A stretch of DNA of 64,000 bases. It comes from an uncultured Trueperaceae bacterium (GTDB lineage: Bacteria; Deinococcota; Deinococci; Deinococcales; Trueperaceae). The translations under genes were made by a program, and so were the position numbers. This document shows, one piece after another, positions 1-10,994 of the stretch. The notes under the pieces are model-generated. The model was given only the letters and a program-made list of their open reading frames with translations, had not been told where the DNA came from and did not search any database. The stretch covers positions 181,470 to 245,469 of the forward strand of contig CAWCXJ010000004.1 of NCBI GenBank assembly GCA_963799485.1, written 5' to 3'. Each line of letters opens with the position of its first letter. The stretch's first letter is position 1.

Positions 1-1626
1 TTTGTCTTTCCCAAACCGGGGAGCGCGCAGTCTTCAGTCACAATTCAGGGAACTTCCAGCGGAATGCTCAGCACGCAGCTGCGCGCGGTCGCAACCGATT
101 CATCGGGACAGGTCACCGAGTCTGCGCCGCTCGAGTTACAAGTTGACGGTAGCCGTCCCGACTTGAGCGCTTCGGTAAGCGGTAGTTCGCCCTACTCGAG
201 CACAACCCCGGTGACGTTGACAGGCTCGGCTGCCGACCCGGAAACAGGCATCAGCAGCTTCGAGGTCACGCTTAACGGCGCGGCTATCCCGGTAGACGCG
301 TCGAACAGCTTCAGCACGACCCAGATCTTGAGCGCCGGGACGCAGACGTTGATACTGACAGCCATCAACGGGGTTTTTGTACCCAATCAGCGAACCTATA
401 CCTTTCAGGTCGAAGAGGCTACCGACGGGGGTGGCGGCGGCGGCGCGAGCAATCAGGCTCCCACCGTCAGCCTTTTGGCGGCCCCACTTACCGGCGACGC
501 ACCCCTGACCGTCAGCTTTACGGCGAGTGCCAACGACCTAGACGGCGATGAAGTCACCTATTTGTACAGTTTTGGCGACGGTGAAACGATTGCCGGTGCG
601 CCCGCTGCGAGCCACACCTATACCGAAGCCGGAACCTATACGGCGACGGTAACAGTAGACGACGGCAAAGGCGGAACAGCTTCGGATTCGGTGAACATCA
701 CCGTAGCAGGCGGTAGCGGTGGGGATAACGGCGGCAGCGACAACCAAGCGCCAAGTGTGTCACTCGCGGCGACGCCGACTTCGGGCAGTGCCCCCCTGAC
801 GGTCGAGCTAACGGCAGCGGCGACCGACCCGGATGACGACGCGCTCACCTATACCTGGAATTTCGGCAACGGCGACACGACGACCGGCAGCGGCACGCAG
901 AGCCAGACTTACGATGAGGCCGGAAGTTACACCGTAACCGTTACGGTAGGCGATGGTAACGGCGGAACCGACGCCGCCTCTACCAATATTTCGGTAACCT
1001 CCGAAGATGGCGGTGGAAGTGGCGGCAGTCAAGACCCGGCTGTATCGATTGATGGCGATGAAGCGCGCACGTTTACTGTAGGCCAAGCTCAGGACCTCGC
1101 CGCATCTGTCGCCAACTTGGGCGACGACGTAGTGTATCAGTGGAGTGTGACGGCTGGAACTGCTGAAAATGTCTCGTTCGCGGATGCGACCGCTGAGGAT
1201 ACAACTGTCACCTTCAGTGCTGCAGGCCCCTTTACGCTGACGCTGACTGCTGCTGACGGTACAAACACCGTCACCGATACCGTCACCTTTACAGCAGTTG
1301 CCGATAGTGGCGGCGACGACGGGGGTACGGATGGGAATGATGACAACGGCGGTGTAAGCGCGGTAAACGACTCCGTTAAAACAGCCAGGGGAAAAACTGT
1401 CACCATCAAGGTGCTTGCCAACGACAAGCCGAGCGTTCAGGCCTTGACGATTGTCGCCGCGACGAGCCCGCAAAAGGGCGGTACGGTCGAAATCAGCCGC
1501 GACAGCAGAACGATTGTCTACACACCGCCGAGCGGCTTTACCGGCAGAGATACGTTTCGCTACACCGTAAAAGATTCAGACGGCAACAGTGCCGGGGCCC
1601 GGGTCTACGTACAGGTCGGCTCCTAG
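1..1626 (+). CDS. PKD/Ig-like repeat surface protein, 5'-truncated by the window edge
   Basis: Frame is open from base 1. Two PKD repeats (NQAP..G.APLTV.FTA.A.D.DGD...Y..FGDG) with Gly-rich linkers, and a C-terminal cadherin/Big_9-like domain (AVNDS..VLAND..YTPPSGFTGRDTFRYTV). Confidence 0.85.
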   Translation, partial: FVFPKPGSAQSSVTIQGTSSGMLSTQLRAVATDSSGQVTESAPLELQVDGSRPDLSASVSGSSPYSSTTPVTLTGSAADPETGISSFEVTLNGAAIPVDASNSFSTTQILSAGTQTLILTAINGVFVPNQRTYTFQVEEATDGGGGGGASNQAPTVSLLAAPLTGDAPLTVSFTASANDLDGDEVTYLYSFGDGETIAGAPAASHTYTEAGTYTATVTVDDGKGGTASDSVNITVAGGSGGDNGGSDNQAPSVSLAATPTSGSAPLTVELTAAATDPDDDALTYTWNFGNGDTTTGSGTQSQTYDEAGSYTVTVTVGDGNGGTDAASTNISVTSEDGGGSGGSQDPAVSIDGDEARTFTVGQAQDLAASVANLGDDVVYQWSVTAGTAENVSFADATAEDTTVTFSAAGPFTLTLTAADGTNTVTDTVTFTAVADSGGDDGGTDGNDDNGGVSAVNDSVKTARGKTVTIKVLANDKPSVQALTIVAATSPQKGGTVEISRDSRTIVYTPPSGFTGRDTFRYTVKDSDGNSAGARVYVQVGS

Positions 1627-1644
1627 AACACTACGGTGTTACGC

Positions 1645-1670
1645 GAGAGACCCTTCGGGGTCTTTTTTTT
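1645..1670 (+). terminator. Intrinsic terminator
   Basis: AGACCC-TTCG-GGGTCT hairpin followed by a T-run, right after the stop. A small AACAC-TACG-GTGTT hairpin precedes it. Confidence 0.85.
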
Positions 1671-1727
1671 AGATGGCGGAGTTTAGGCTCGAGCAGCCCA
1701 AGGCCGTTTCACCCTCTATACTGAACT

Positions 1728-2696
1728 GTGTCTGAACCTGTATCCAGAGTATTTGAACTTCTAAAAACCGACCTCACCGATTTTGAAACGCGGCTCGCCG
1801 CCGAACTGCGCTCTTCGGTCGACTTTATCGACGCGATCGGCGAAGACCTGGCGAGTGCGGGCGGCAAACGTTTACGCCCGAGTTTAGCGTTTTTAGCCGG
1901 GCGACTTCTGGGTGGGGACCGTGAACAGGCGCTGCAGGTCGCGCTCGCCGTCGAACTCTTGCATTCGGCGTCGCTCTTGCACGACGACCTCATTGACGAC
2001 GCCGACACCCGGCGCGGCGTCGACGCTGCTTTTCGGCGTTACGGCAACGTCGTGAGCGTCATGTCGGGCGACTTTATGCTGGCGCGAGTGCTGGGCATCC
2101 TAGCCCGCTCCCGAAGCCCTGAATTTACCCAGCTGATGTCGGAAACGGCGGCGCGTATCTGCGAGGCAGAAGTGCTGCAGTTCGAGATGGCGACTTTAGA
2201 GACCTATTCGCTCGAGAACTATTTTACGATTATCGACGGCAAAACGGCGGTGCTGTTTGCCGCAGCGCTCGTAGGGGTCGCGCTCTTGACGGGTGCGCCG
2301 GAGGCCGAGCGGCGGGCGCTCCAAACTTACGGGATGTACTACGGGCGGGCGTTTCAGCTGCAAGACGATTATCTAGACCTTTTAGGAGACGCAGAAATGC
2401 TCGGCAAACCCGTCGGCGGCGACCTGCGTGAGGGCAAGGCGACGTTTGCCGTGCTAGACCTGCTAAACGCCGGCGTTGCTGAAGCGCGTACAATTTTGCG
2501 CCGTCACGGGGCCGGAGCGGACGATACCGCGCGGATGATTGCGCTCGTGCGGGAACACGGGGCCGACCGGCGCGCCCAGGCTGAAATCGAACGCTCGGCA
2601 CGTGCGGCGCTGGGTGCGCTCTCGGTTTTTGGCCCGTCGCCTGCTAGAGATATGCTTAGCAGCCTTGCCGAGCGGGAGCTGGTCCGGGTCGCCTAA
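1728..2696 (+). CDS. Polyprenyl diphosphate synthase
   Basis: GGKRLRP, LLHDDLIDD and FQLQDDYLD motifs. TATACT lies 5 nt before the GTG. Confidence 0.92.
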   Translation: MSEPVSRVFELLKTDLTDFETRLAAELRSSVDFIDAIGEDLASAGGKRLRPSLAFLAGRLLGGDREQALQVALAVELLHSASLLHDDLIDDADTRRGVDAAFRRYGNVVSVMSGDFMLARVLGILARSRSPEFTQLMSETAARICEAEVLQFEMATLETYSLENYFTIIDGKTAVLFAAALVGVALLTGAPEAERRALQTYGMYYGRAFQLQDDYLDLLGDAEMLGKPVGGDLREGKATFAVLDLLNAGVAEARTILRRHGAGADDTARMIALVREHGADRRAQAEIERSARAALGALSVFGPSPARDMLSSLAERELVRVA

Positions 2697-2711
2697 AAGA
2701 AGACGAAAGGG

Positions 2712-4241
2712 TCACGAAGGGGTAGGCTGCCCCGACCGCGCAGGGCGGAGTCGAGCGCGCTCACGCTCCAAATCTTCGGCCTTCGCCCCGATAGCTGCGA
2801 GCATCGAAGGAAAGATAAAGAGGTGGAACGGATACATCGTCCACCAGTAGAGAAACCCGAACAACCCTTTGGGTTCAAAAAATGCGGTTTGCTGCACTTC
2901 ACTCTCGCCGTTCTCGGCTTCGCGCACGTCGAACCTGAGCCACGCCCGTCCCGGCACCTTCATCTCGGCGCGGAGCTGCAGATGGTCGCCCGCTTTGACA
3001 CTTTCAACACGCCAGAAATCGATGGCGTCGCCTGCCTGGAGCGTGTTCGGGTCGCGTCGCCCCCGCCGCATCCCGACGCCGCCGACCAGACGGTCTAGCA
3101 CACCGCGTAGCTGCCAGAGCCAGTCGAAGGTGTACCAACCCTCTTCGCCGCCAATTCTAACCACTGCCCGAAACGCGCTCTCCGGGCTTGCCTGAAAGTG
3201 CTTCACGCGTCGGTCGAAGAGCATCCCTTCGGTATCTTGGAGTTTGTCGGAAACGGGGGTACCACGCGGCACGGCGGCGAGCGCCCCGCTCCAGAGCGTT
3301 TCAATTGCCCCTTGGGTGGTGCGGTCGAGCGCAAGTTTGACAGCCGTTTCATACGAGATAGGCCGCACCTCGTACGCTTTAGCGGGTTCAGGGTCGTCGA
3401 CGATGACCTCACTCGTCAGTCCTTCGACGAGCGGGCGCGCAATCGACGCCGGGATCGGGGTGATGAGGTTGACCCAGTACGACGATAAGCGGGGGCTCAA
3501 TACCGGGGTGGAAAACATCCGGCGGTTGAGCCCCCTTATGCGGGCGTAGGTCAGCATCATGTTGCGGTAGGTCATCACGTCCGGACCGCCGATTTCGACG
3601 ATGTAATGACCTGTGTGATGGTCTGTCGGCGGCTGCTCTAAAGCGTTTTGCAAGTAGGCGAGAACGTCGCGAATGGCGATAGGTTGCACCTTGGTCTCGA
3701 CCCATTTGGGTGTAATCATCACGGGTAAGCGTTCGGCGAGGTAGCGCATCATCTCAAAAGAAATGCTCCCCGACCCGACAATGATGGCGGCGCGAAATTC
3801 GGTCACGGGGATTCCGGCAGCGGCGAGGGCTTCCCCTGTTTGTTGCCTCGAGGCTAAATGCTTCGACATCCCTTTGTGCCCGGCCCCTAGACCGCCCAGG
3901 TAGATAATATGTGAAGTTCCGGCGGCTTTGGCGGCCTCGGCAAAGTTGGTGGCGGCTTTTAAGTCGCGGTTTTCGAACCCTGCCTCGGCGGCCCCCATCG
4001 AGTGGATTAGATAGTAGGCGGTGCTTACGTCTGCCAGGGCAGCTTTTAGGGTTTCGGGCTCGAGTACGTCGGCCTCGACGACCTCGACGTCTTCAAACCA
4101 GCTTTTACCGCGCAGCCGCTCCCGGTCACGAACCAGGCAGCGAACCCTCAGACCTGCTGCTAAAAGCCTTGGGATGAGCCGACCGCCGATATAACCGGTA
4201 GCCCCGGTCACGAGTACAGGTTCCAGTTCAACTTGAGACAT
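2712..4241 (-). CDS. Atypical SDR/NAD(P)-binding protein with C-terminal DUF2867 (YbjT-like)
   Basis: TGATGYIG Rossmann motif. C-terminal GDAIDFWRVE..LRAEMKVPGRAWL..PKGLFG.LYW. Confidence 0.85.
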   Translation of the reverse strand: MSQVELEPVLVTGATGYIGGRLIPRLLAAGLRVRCLVRDRERLRGKSWFEDVEVVEADVLEPETLKAALADVSTAYYLIHSMGAAEAGFENRDLKAATNFAEAAKAAGTSHIIYLGGLGAGHKGMSKHLASRQQTGEALAAAGIPVTEFRAAIIVGSGSISFEMMRYLAERLPVMITPKWVETKVQPIAIRDVLAYLQNALEQPPTDHHTGHYIVEIGGPDVMTYRNMMLTYARIRGLNRRMFSTPVLSPRLSSYWVNLITPIPASIARPLVEGLTSEVIVDDPEPAKAYEVRPISYETAVKLALDRTTQGAIETLWSGALAAVPRGTPVSDKLQDTEGMLFDRRVKHFQASPESAFRAVVRIGGEEGWYTFDWLWQLRGVLDRLVGGVGMRRGRRDPNTLQAGDAIDFWRVESVKAGDHLQLRAEMKVPGRAWLRFDVREAENGESEVQQTAFFEPKGLFGFLYWWTMYPFHLFIFPSMLAAIGAKAEDLERERARLRPARSGQPTPS

Positions 4242-4523
4242 GCTTTAGTGTGCGCGTTTTGAACCTGGAAAACAACGTTCCAGCGCGCGTTTTTCCGAGT
4301 GTTCCGGCTGTCTGAAATTGGTGCGGTTCCCTTCAAACCTGTGTTAAGAGAAGCCTTGCGAGGTAATTTTACGGCACTAAAAAAGCGTCGCCGAAAAGGT
4401 TTTCCGAAAAGTGTGCCAAAACGGGTGATTTTCGGTCTGCGCCAGAAGGCACGTTCTCACCTTTAACAAATGTGCCGGGTCTATACTAGGCGTCCAAAAT
4501 CGTCTAAAGAGGAGGTGAGGCTT

Positions 4524-4709
4524 GTGAAGACCTATGAGTTTAGGCTTGACGGGGACGAAACCGTTCTGGGTACCAAAACTCTGGACAGCGCACCATCAGT
4601 CGATGACGATGTAACGCTTGAAGGTAAAACGTACCGAGTCGATGCTGCACCCGAGGACACCGGAACAGAACCTGTCGTCGTCTATGTTCGCAAAACTACC
4701 GGCATCTAA
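4524..4709 (+). CDS. Small acidic hypothetical protein (61 aa)
   Basis: GAGGAGGTGAGG SD before the GTG at 4524. Protein-like composition. Confidence 0.7.
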   Translation: MKTYEFRLDGDETVLGTKTLDSAPSVDDDVTLEGKTYRVDAAPEDTGTEPVVVYVRKTTGI

Positions 4710-4718
4710 CTAGGTACC

Positions 4719-4757
4719 CTGATTTCACGGTTTAGCGTGGCTAAACCGTGAAATCAG
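4719..4757. repeat. Perfect 18-bp inverted repeat with 3-nt loop
   Basis: CTGATTTCACGGTTTAGC-GTG-GCTAAACCGTGAAATCAG. Confidence 0.9.
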
Positions 4758-4775
4758 CCGGAGCCGGTCGAGGAG

Positions 4776-4973
4776 GTGGTCGCCACGCTACAAGCCGAAA
4801 CCACTGCTGAAAGGCGAGTTTACAAGGACAGCGACCCGGAGCTGTACGAAGCAATCGAGGGCGTTATGTTCTCCGGGGGTACGGAAGTGCAGGTCGATGA
4901 TCAGCGTTTTAATGTCGCTCGAGACCATGACGAAGCAGACAACGCGTACTTTATCCTTACGCCTGTGGGGTAA
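4776..4973 (+). CDS. Small acidic hypothetical protein (65 aa)
   Basis: Protein-like intergenic ORF. Start uncertain because the SD-like GAGGAGG overlaps the GTG. Confidence 0.55.
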   Translation: MVATLQAETTAERRVYKDSDPELYEAIEGVMFSGGTEVQVDDQRFNVARDHDEADNAYFILTPVG

Positions 4974-5071
4974 AGACAAAGGCTGGTCGGCTGCTAAAAG
5001 CTAGCGCCCGAAGCGCTTGCACGGTGTTTTACGGTGACGTGCCCGTGATAATGACAGCAAGGTGAAAGCCA

Positions 5072-5104
5072 ACGCCCAGCTGACGATAAGGTTTAGCTGG
5101 GCGT
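5072..5104. terminator. Hairpin between convergent genes
   Basis: ACGCCCAGCT...AGCTGGGCGT stem. No clear U-tract. Confidence 0.4.
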
Positions 5105-5177
5105 GCCGGGTCGGATTTACGTTCGACAAGCGCAAAATGGCCTTTATCAACCTTTTGAAAAGGGCTGTGAGTTTCAT

Positions 5178-6863
5178 TTAGTCGGTGACGGCTCCTCTAG
5201 ACGCGCTCGAGACCAGTTTCGCATACTTTGCCAGTACGCCCGTCTGATACTTGACGGGCGGAGCCTGCCACGCGGCGCGGCGCTTAGCGAGTTCGGCGTC
5301 GTCTACATTGAGTTGCAAAAGCTGTTTTTCGGCGTCGATGGTTACGCTGTCGCCCTCGTGGACGAGCGCAATCGCCCCGCCGACCTGCGCTTCGGGTGCC
5401 ACATGCCCCACGACGAGCCCATAGGTGCCACCCGAAAAACGTCCGTCGGTAATGAGCGCGACCGAATCGCCCAAGCCTTTGCCGATAATCGCCGCCGTAG
5501 GGGAGAGCATCTCGCGCATTCCCGGCCCACCACGGGGCCCTTCATAACGAATCACCAGCACGTCGCCGGCGCGGATACGGTCGTTCATGATGGCGTCCAT
5601 CGCCGCTTCTTCGGAATCGAACACGCGGGCTGAGCCGGTAATATTCGTGTGTTTGAGACCGCTGACCTTGGCGACCGAGCCCTCTGCTGCGAGGTTGCCC
5701 CTAAGAATGGCGAGGTGGCCTTGCGGGTACATGGGTTTGTCGAAAGGCAGCACCACAGCTTGACCTTCGGGCGGCGTCCCGGAAACGTGCTCGAGGTTTT
5801 CGGCAATAGTTTTTCCTGTGACCGTAAGGCAGTCGCCGTGTAACAGCCCGTGGTCTAAGAGCATCTTCATGATGAGCGGGACGCCGCCGACTGCGTGCAG
5901 GTCGGTCGCGACGTAGCGGCCCGAGGGTTTGAGGTCGACGAGGTGCGGGGTGCGTTCACGGATGCGCTCGAAGTCTTCAAGCGTCAATTCAATCTCTGCC
6001 GCGTGTGCAATCGCAAGCAGGTGCAACACCGCGTTGGTCGAACCGCCGATAGCCATCACCGTGGTAATCCCGTTTTCAAAGGCTTTTCTGGTCAGGATTT
6101 TACGGGGCGTGAGGTCCGCTTCAATCAACTTGAGGAGCGCCGCGCCACTCTCTGCTGCGCTGACGTGCTTCTCTTCATCTTCAGCTGCCATCGTAGAAGA
6201 ATACGGCAGGCTCATCCCCATCGCTTCAAACGCGGAGGACATGGTGTTGGCGGTGTACATGCCGCCGCACGAACCTTTACCGGGGCAGGCGCGGCGCTCG
6301 ACCTGTTGGTAGGTCTCTAACGGAATCCGGCCCGCGTTGTACTCACCGACCGCCTCGAACATGCTGACAATCGTCAGGTCTTTGCCCTCAAAATGCCCCG
6401 GTTTGATGGTTCCGCCGTAAACGAACACTGCCGGAATATCAAGCCGCGCCATCGCAATCATCGCGCCCGGCATATTTTTGTCGCAACCACCGACCGCGAG
6501 CACGCCGTCCATACTCTGTCCCCGGCAGACGGTCTCAACCGAGTCGGCGATCACTTCACGGCTGACCAGGCTGCACTTCATCCCCTCGGTACCCATCGAA
6601 ATGCCGTCAGATACGGTAATGGTGCCGAACGTTTGCGGCATTCCGCCTGCTTTACGAATCGCGTTTACAGCGGCTTCACTCAGCTCACCGAGGCCCGAAT
6701 TGCACGGGGTGATAGTCGAGTGTCCATTGGCTACCGCGATGATTGGTTTGCCGAAATCCTCGTCGGTAAAGCCGACGGCGCGCATCATGGCGCGGTTGGG
6801 GCCGCGTTCGGTACCTTCGGTGATGATGCGGCTACGGCGGTTGAGTCTGGGCTTGGTCGTCAT
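5178..6863 (-). CDS. ilvD: Dihydroxy-acid dehydratase
   Basis: [55 protein letters not shown] present. Confidence 0.97.
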   Translation of the reverse strand: MTTKPRLNRRSRIITEGTERGPNRAMMRAVGFTDEDFGKPIIAVANGHSTITPCNSGLGELSEAAVNAIRKAGGMPQTFGTITVSDGISMGTEGMKCSLVSREVIADSVETVCRGQSMDGVLAVGGCDKNMPGAMIAMARLDIPAVFVYGGTIKPGHFEGKDLTIVSMFEAVGEYNAGRIPLETYQQVERRACPGKGSCGGMYTANTMSSAFEAMGMSLPYSSTMAAEDEEKHVSAAESGAALLKLIEADLTPRKILTRKAFENGITTVMAIGGSTNAVLHLLAIAHAAEIELTLEDFERIRERTPHLVDLKPSGRYVATDLHAVGGVPLIMKMLLDHGLLHGDCLTVTGKTIAENLEHVSGTPPEGQAVVLPFDKPMYPQGHLAILRGNLAAEGSVAKVSGLKHTNITGSARVFDSEEAAMDAIMNDRIRAGDVLVIRYEGPRGGPGMREMLSPTAAIIGKGLGDSVALITDGRFSGGTYGLVVGHVAPEAQVGGAIALVHEGDSVTIDAEKQLLQLNVDDAELAKRRAAWQAPPVKYQTGVLAKYAKLVSSASRGAVTD

Positions 6864-6985
6864 GGTTCCTCCATGAGTAGCATTTTAGCTACCGTATGAA
6901 CGCACTATCTTACCGCAGCTTTTACTTACCGCAGCTTTTAAGCGAGGCTCGAGGCGCACAGGTAGAGGCCGCGTTACGATACGTT

Positions 6986-8041
6986 ATGGATACAAACGGA
7001 GCTGCTGTTTTTTCACCCACCGGCCCCCACCGCCGCCTCAACCCGCTGACCGGCGAGTATGTGCTCGTTTCGCCGCAACGCACCCAGCGGCCCTGGCAGG
7101 GCAAGGTCGATACGCCGAGCCGGGATACGCGCCCCAAGTACGATCCGGCGTGTTACCTCTGCCCCGGTAATACGCGCGCCGGAGACGCCCTAAACCCCGA
7201 CTATCAAGACACGTTTGTCTTTGCGAACGACTTCGCTGCGCTTTTGCCGGATACCCCTGAAGCGCACAGCCTGGGCGACCCGCTTTTTCAGGGCGAGAGC
7301 GCCGGAGGGCTCTGCCGCGTCATCTGCTTTTCGCCGCGCCACGACCTGACGCTCGCCGAGATGGACGTGTCGGCGATTCGTAAAGTCGTCGATTTATGGA
7401 GCGCGCAGGTCACAGAACTCGGTGAACGCTACCGCTGGGTGCAGATTTTTGAAAGTAAGGGGGCTATCGTCGGGGCGTCGAACCCGCACCCGCACGGGCA
7501 GATTTGGGCGAGCGACTTTTTGCCGAACGAGGCAGCTACCGAAGATGCACAGCAAAAACGTTACTTCGACCGGCACGGCAATCCGCTGCTCGTCGATTAC
7601 GCAGACAGAGAGCGCAGTTTGGGCGAACGCCTTGTAGCTGAAAACGACCACTGGCTCGTGGTGGTGCCGTATTGGGCCTATTGGCCTTTTGAAACGCTCG
7701 TCTTGCCCAAACGTCACGTTTTACGGCTGCCCGAACTGTCGGACGCTGAGCGTGACGCGCTTGCCGACATCTTGAAAACGATGCTGGTGCGTTTCGACAA
7801 CCTTTTTGAAACGTCGTTTCCCTACTGCTCGGGCTGGCACGGTGCGCCGACAGGCGGCGCGGATGACGTGCAGCACTGGCAGCTCCACGCACACTACTAC
7901 CCGCCGCTCTTGCGTTCGGCGAGCGTGCAGAAGTTCGTCGCAAGTTACGAGTGGCTCGCCGAGGCGCAGCGCGACTTGACGGCGGAGGGTGCGGCGGCGC
8001 GCTTGCGAGAGCTTCCGGCACGCCACTACGCACACCGTTAG
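6986..8041 (+). CDS. galT: Galactose-1-phosphate uridylyltransferase
   Basis: [29 protein letters not shown]. Start moved to ATG 6986, with TACGAT 5 nt upstream. Confidence 0.95.
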   Translation: MDTNGAAVFSPTGPHRRLNPLTGEYVLVSPQRTQRPWQGKVDTPSRDTRPKYDPACYLCPGNTRAGDALNPDYQDTFVFANDFAALLPDTPEAHSLGDPLFQGESAGGLCRVICFSPRHDLTLAEMDVSAIRKVVDLWSAQVTELGERYRWVQIFESKGAIVGASNPHPHGQIWASDFLPNEAATEDAQQKRYFDRHGNPLLVDYADRERSLGERLVAENDHWLVVVPYWAYWPFETLVLPKRHVLRLPELSDAERDALADILKTMLVRFDNLFETSFPYCSGWHGAPTGGADDVQHWQLHAHYYPPLLRSASVQKFVASYEWLAEAQRDLTAEGAAARLRELPARHYAHR

Positions 8042-8194
8042 AGGTTGCGTTAGCAGCTGTGGTACTGGTCTGCGCGCACATTCGGGTAGGGCGTAGCAGA
8101 CCCGAAAGGCCGCTGAGACGCATTATCTAAATGCCGGGGGGCGTGGCGGCAGGGTACGGTATGCTGAGCTGGTCGGGGCTAGGTATTTTAGGGG

Positions 8195-9001
8195 GTGGCT
8201 ATGCTCTCAGAAGAGAGGCGGCGATATCTACTGGGGCTCCTCAACCAGCAAGAAGCCCTCGAGACGTCCCTCATCGCCGCGCAGCTCGGGGTTTCGGAGA
8301 TGACCGTCCGCCGCGACCTGAGCGATCTCGAGCGGCGCGGCTTCGTGCGGCGCGTTCACGGCGGCGCGCAGCGCGTCCACGGGGCAAATTACGTGTCCGA
8401 AGCCAAACGCACCCCCGGCGTCACGCAGCAGATCGGCGCGGTTGCAGCTTTGCAGGTAAGCTCACACGAAACGATCTATCTGGACGCCGGCACCGTGTGC
8501 CTCGAGCTGGCGCGGGCGCTTAAACGCCGCGACCTCAAACTCAACATCTTAACGCACGCGGTCAATATCGCCGCCGAGCTGACCGGACATCCGGGGTTTA
8601 CGGTAATTCAGGTCGGCGGCGAACTCTATCCGGAGACCTTTGCGGCAACCGGCCCGGCGGCGCTTGCGACCATCCACCAGTTTTCTTTCGACCGGTTGTT
8701 TCTTACGGCGCAGGGTCTGCACCCCAAAGCCGGGGTGACGCACGGCAACCTGCTTGAGGTCGCCGTCAAAACAGCGGCCCTGAGCCGCGCCGGCTGGACG
8801 GCGCTGCTGCTCGACTCGGGCCGCTGGAACCGTCAGGCGCTGACGCGCGTGACCGACCCCGGCAAGTTGGACCTGCTCGTCAGCGACGCGTCGCTTCCCG
8901 CTGAAGCGCGGCGCTTTTTACGGGGTGTCAACGTCGCCGTACTCCCCGACGCCCCGCCAAAACCCGACCCGGCTGACGAAACGCTCGCCGAACAGGTATG
9001 A
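8195..9001 (+). CDS. DeoR/GlpR family transcriptional regulator
   Basis: GVSEMTVRRDL..L..RVHGGA HTH and IYLDAGT sensor domain. Confidence 0.92.
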   Translation: MAMLSEERRRYLLGLLNQQEALETSLIAAQLGVSEMTVRRDLSDLERRGFVRRVHGGAQRVHGANYVSEAKRTPGVTQQIGAVAALQVSSHETIYLDAGTVCLELARALKRRDLKLNILTHAVNIAAELTGHPGFTVIQVGGELYPETFAATGPAALATIHQFSFDRLFLTAQGLHPKAGVTHGNLLEVAVKTAALSRAGWTALLLDSGRWNRQALTRVTDPGKLDLLVSDASLPAEARRFLRGVNVAVLPDAPPKPDPADETLAEQV

Positions 9002-9113
9002 TCGGCGCAACTGTGAAGGGTGGGATTATGAACTGCAGACTGACGTGCGCGTGGGGCGCTGAGGGCTTGGTACCCGCCGGGGGTGTTGGACAGACGTTTT
9101 CAACTCGAGCCAA

Positions 9114-10559
9114 GTGGAGCTTCCGGTGCCTTTAACCATAGGCATCGATCTGGGTACGAGCGGTGTCCGCACGCTCGCCGTTAGTGAGACGGGCGCACTT
9201 ATCGCCGAGAGTACCCGCAGCTACCCGCTTTTGACCCCGCACCCCGGTTGGACGGAGCAGCGCCCCGAAGACTGGTTTGGGGAGACGGTCGCAGCCCTGC
9301 GTGAACTCGCCGCACAGCTTGGCGGACAAGAAATCGTCGCGCTCGGGCTTTCCGGGCAGATGCACGGGATGGTACCGCTAGACGCTCACGGTGAGGTCGT
9401 CCGGCCTGCGCTCTTATGGAACGACCAGCGTACCGGGAAGGGCGTCGCTGAACTCGAGGCCGCCGTACCCCGTAAAACGCTGGTCGCACGTACCGGCAAC
9501 CCGGCGATCACCGGGTTTCAGCTGCCTAAACTGCTCTGGTTGCGGCAAGAAGAACCCGACAACTTTGCTCGTACCCGCCACGTGCTATTGCCCAAAGATT
9601 ATCTGGGCTTCAAGCTTACCGGTGTGGTGGCGGCTGAACCCTCCGACGCTTCGGGAACGAACTGTTTTGAAATTGCCCAAAAGGTCTGGGACGCCGAGGT
9701 GTTGGGGGCGCTTAACCTGAGTACGGCGCTTTTTCCGGACCTCGTTTCATCCCGTGAGGTCGTCGGCACACTGACCAAAGAACTGTCTTCAGAGACCGGC
9801 TTACCGGAGGGCTTGCCCGTCGTCGCCGGGGCCGGGGACAACGCGGCGGCGGCGATAGGACTCGGTATCTCGAGTCGTACGCCCGGTACAGGCAGCGTCA
9901 GCCTCGGTACCTCCGGAGTCGTCTTTGCGCCGCTAGACGCGCCGACCCCCGACCCACAGGGGCGTGTTCACCTCTTTTGTCACGCCGACGGGGGCTACAA
10001 CCTCCTCGGGGTGACGCTCGCCGCTGCGGGCAGTCTTCAGTGGTACCGCGACACCTTCAGGCCGGGTGTGGGTTTTGACGCCCTTACCCGGGAGGCTGAA
10101 ACCTCCGAGCCGGGCGCGAACGGCGTCACTTTCAAACCCTACCTCGCCGGCGAGCGTACCCCTCACCTCGACCCCGATTTGCGCGGGTCGTGGACGGGTT
10201 TGAGTTTGGCGACGACCCAGGCCGACCTCGTGCGCTCGGTGCTCGAGGGTGTCGCCTTCAGCCTGCGCGACGCCCTCGACGTTATTACGCCGCTCGCGCC
10301 GCTCACCCAAGCTTTTACGACGGGAGGTGGTGCGCGCTCAGATATGTGGTTGCAACTTACCGCCGATGTTCTGGCGTTGCCGCTCATCCGCCCTAGTCAA
10401 AGTCAGGGCCCGGCCTACGGCGCGGCACTTTTGGCTTTGCAAGGGGTAGGTTACACGGATAAAGCAGCGGCGCTGGCGCGCCTCGAGCGCGACCGGACCT
10501 TTTCACCTGACGGGCGGGAGCACTACTACGACGCGCTGGGACGTTACCGTACCGCCTGA
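9114..10559 (+). CDS. xylB: Xylulokinase (FGGY kinase)
   Basis: [37 protein letters not shown]. Confidence 0.88.
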   Translation: MELPVPLTIGIDLGTSGVRTLAVSETGALIAESTRSYPLLTPHPGWTEQRPEDWFGETVAALRELAAQLGGQEIVALGLSGQMHGMVPLDAHGEVVRPALLWNDQRTGKGVAELEAAVPRKTLVARTGNPAITGFQLPKLLWLRQEEPDNFARTRHVLLPKDYLGFKLTGVVAAEPSDASGTNCFEIAQKVWDAEVLGALNLSTALFPDLVSSREVVGTLTKELSSETGLPEGLPVVAGAGDNAAAAIGLGISSRTPGTGSVSLGTSGVVFAPLDAPTPDPQGRVHLFCHADGGYNLLGVTLAAAGSLQWYRDTFRPGVGFDALTREAETSEPGANGVTFKPYLAGERTPHLDPDLRGSWTGLSLATTQADLVRSVLEGVAFSLRDALDVITPLAPLTQAFTTGGGARSDMWLQLTADVLALPLIRPSQSQGPAYGAALLALQGVGYTDKAAALARLERDRTFSPDGREHYYDALGRYRTA

Positions 10560-10620
10560 GCCAAATGTGTTTCCGGTGCAGGGTTCGGGTTGGGATGAGA
10601 TTCTCTAGATACACAAATTC

Positions 10621-10652
10621 GACGAGCGTGAAGTTTAGCGATCACGCTCGTC
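10621..10652. terminator. Hairpin between convergent xylB and the peptide gene
   Basis: GACGAGCGTGA-N10-TCACGCTCGTC, an 11-bp stem. Confidence 0.55.
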
Positions 10653-10749
10653 TGGAGTGCGGGTTTGGAGAGATACTCTCGAGGGTTCAGGTTTGATTTT
10701 GTTTACCTTGACTTTCCTTAAGGGGGCGCTGGTGTCAACAGGTGGTGAC

Positions 10750-10866
10750 TTACCTAGAAGATGATGCAGGTGTGACAACACCGGGACTTATAAGCCTAGA
10801 CCTTGCAAATCCGACACTACCGACGCTTAAGCAAATCATACCGATGATAAGAGCTTTCTTGAACAT
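10750..10866 (-). CDS. Small secreted pre-peptide (38 aa), candidate signalling peptide
   Basis: Hand translation MFKKALIIGMICLSVGSVGFARSRLISPGVVTPASSSR*. GAAGGAGGAGG SD just upstream of the ATG. Classic n/h/c signal ending GFA. Not in the ORF track. Confidence 0.8.
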   Translation of the reverse strand: MFKKALIIGMICLSVGSVGFARSRLISPGVVTPASSSR

Positions 10867-10891
10867 GATTCCTCCTCCTTCAACTGTCCCT

Positions 10892-10975
10892 ACTGTACAA
10901 AAGCCTTGTTGCCGCGGCGTTACAGCTTTTGACGTGCGCGTTGCAACAGCCTTGCATCACGCCAACGCTTACATT
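10892..10975. promoter_or_regulatory. Divergent promoters with paired direct repeats
   Basis: Minus strand: GCTGTAAC-N3-GCGGCAAC-N10-TACAGT. Plus strand: GTTGCAAC-N3-CTTGCATC-N11-TACATT. Confidence 0.55.
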
Positions 10976-10994
10976 TTGATAAGGAGGACTACGA

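Noticed and set aside
6896..6985. Longer ORF-track starts for galT, and likewise for 15011, 16563, 48784, 50384 and 60934
   Set aside because: The extensions lack family similarity, and downstream starts fit SD, -10 or gene-overlap evidence better.
8045..8130. Possible structured RNA between galT and the DeoR regulator
   Set aside because: No match I can recognise to SRP, riboswitch or ribozyme cores.
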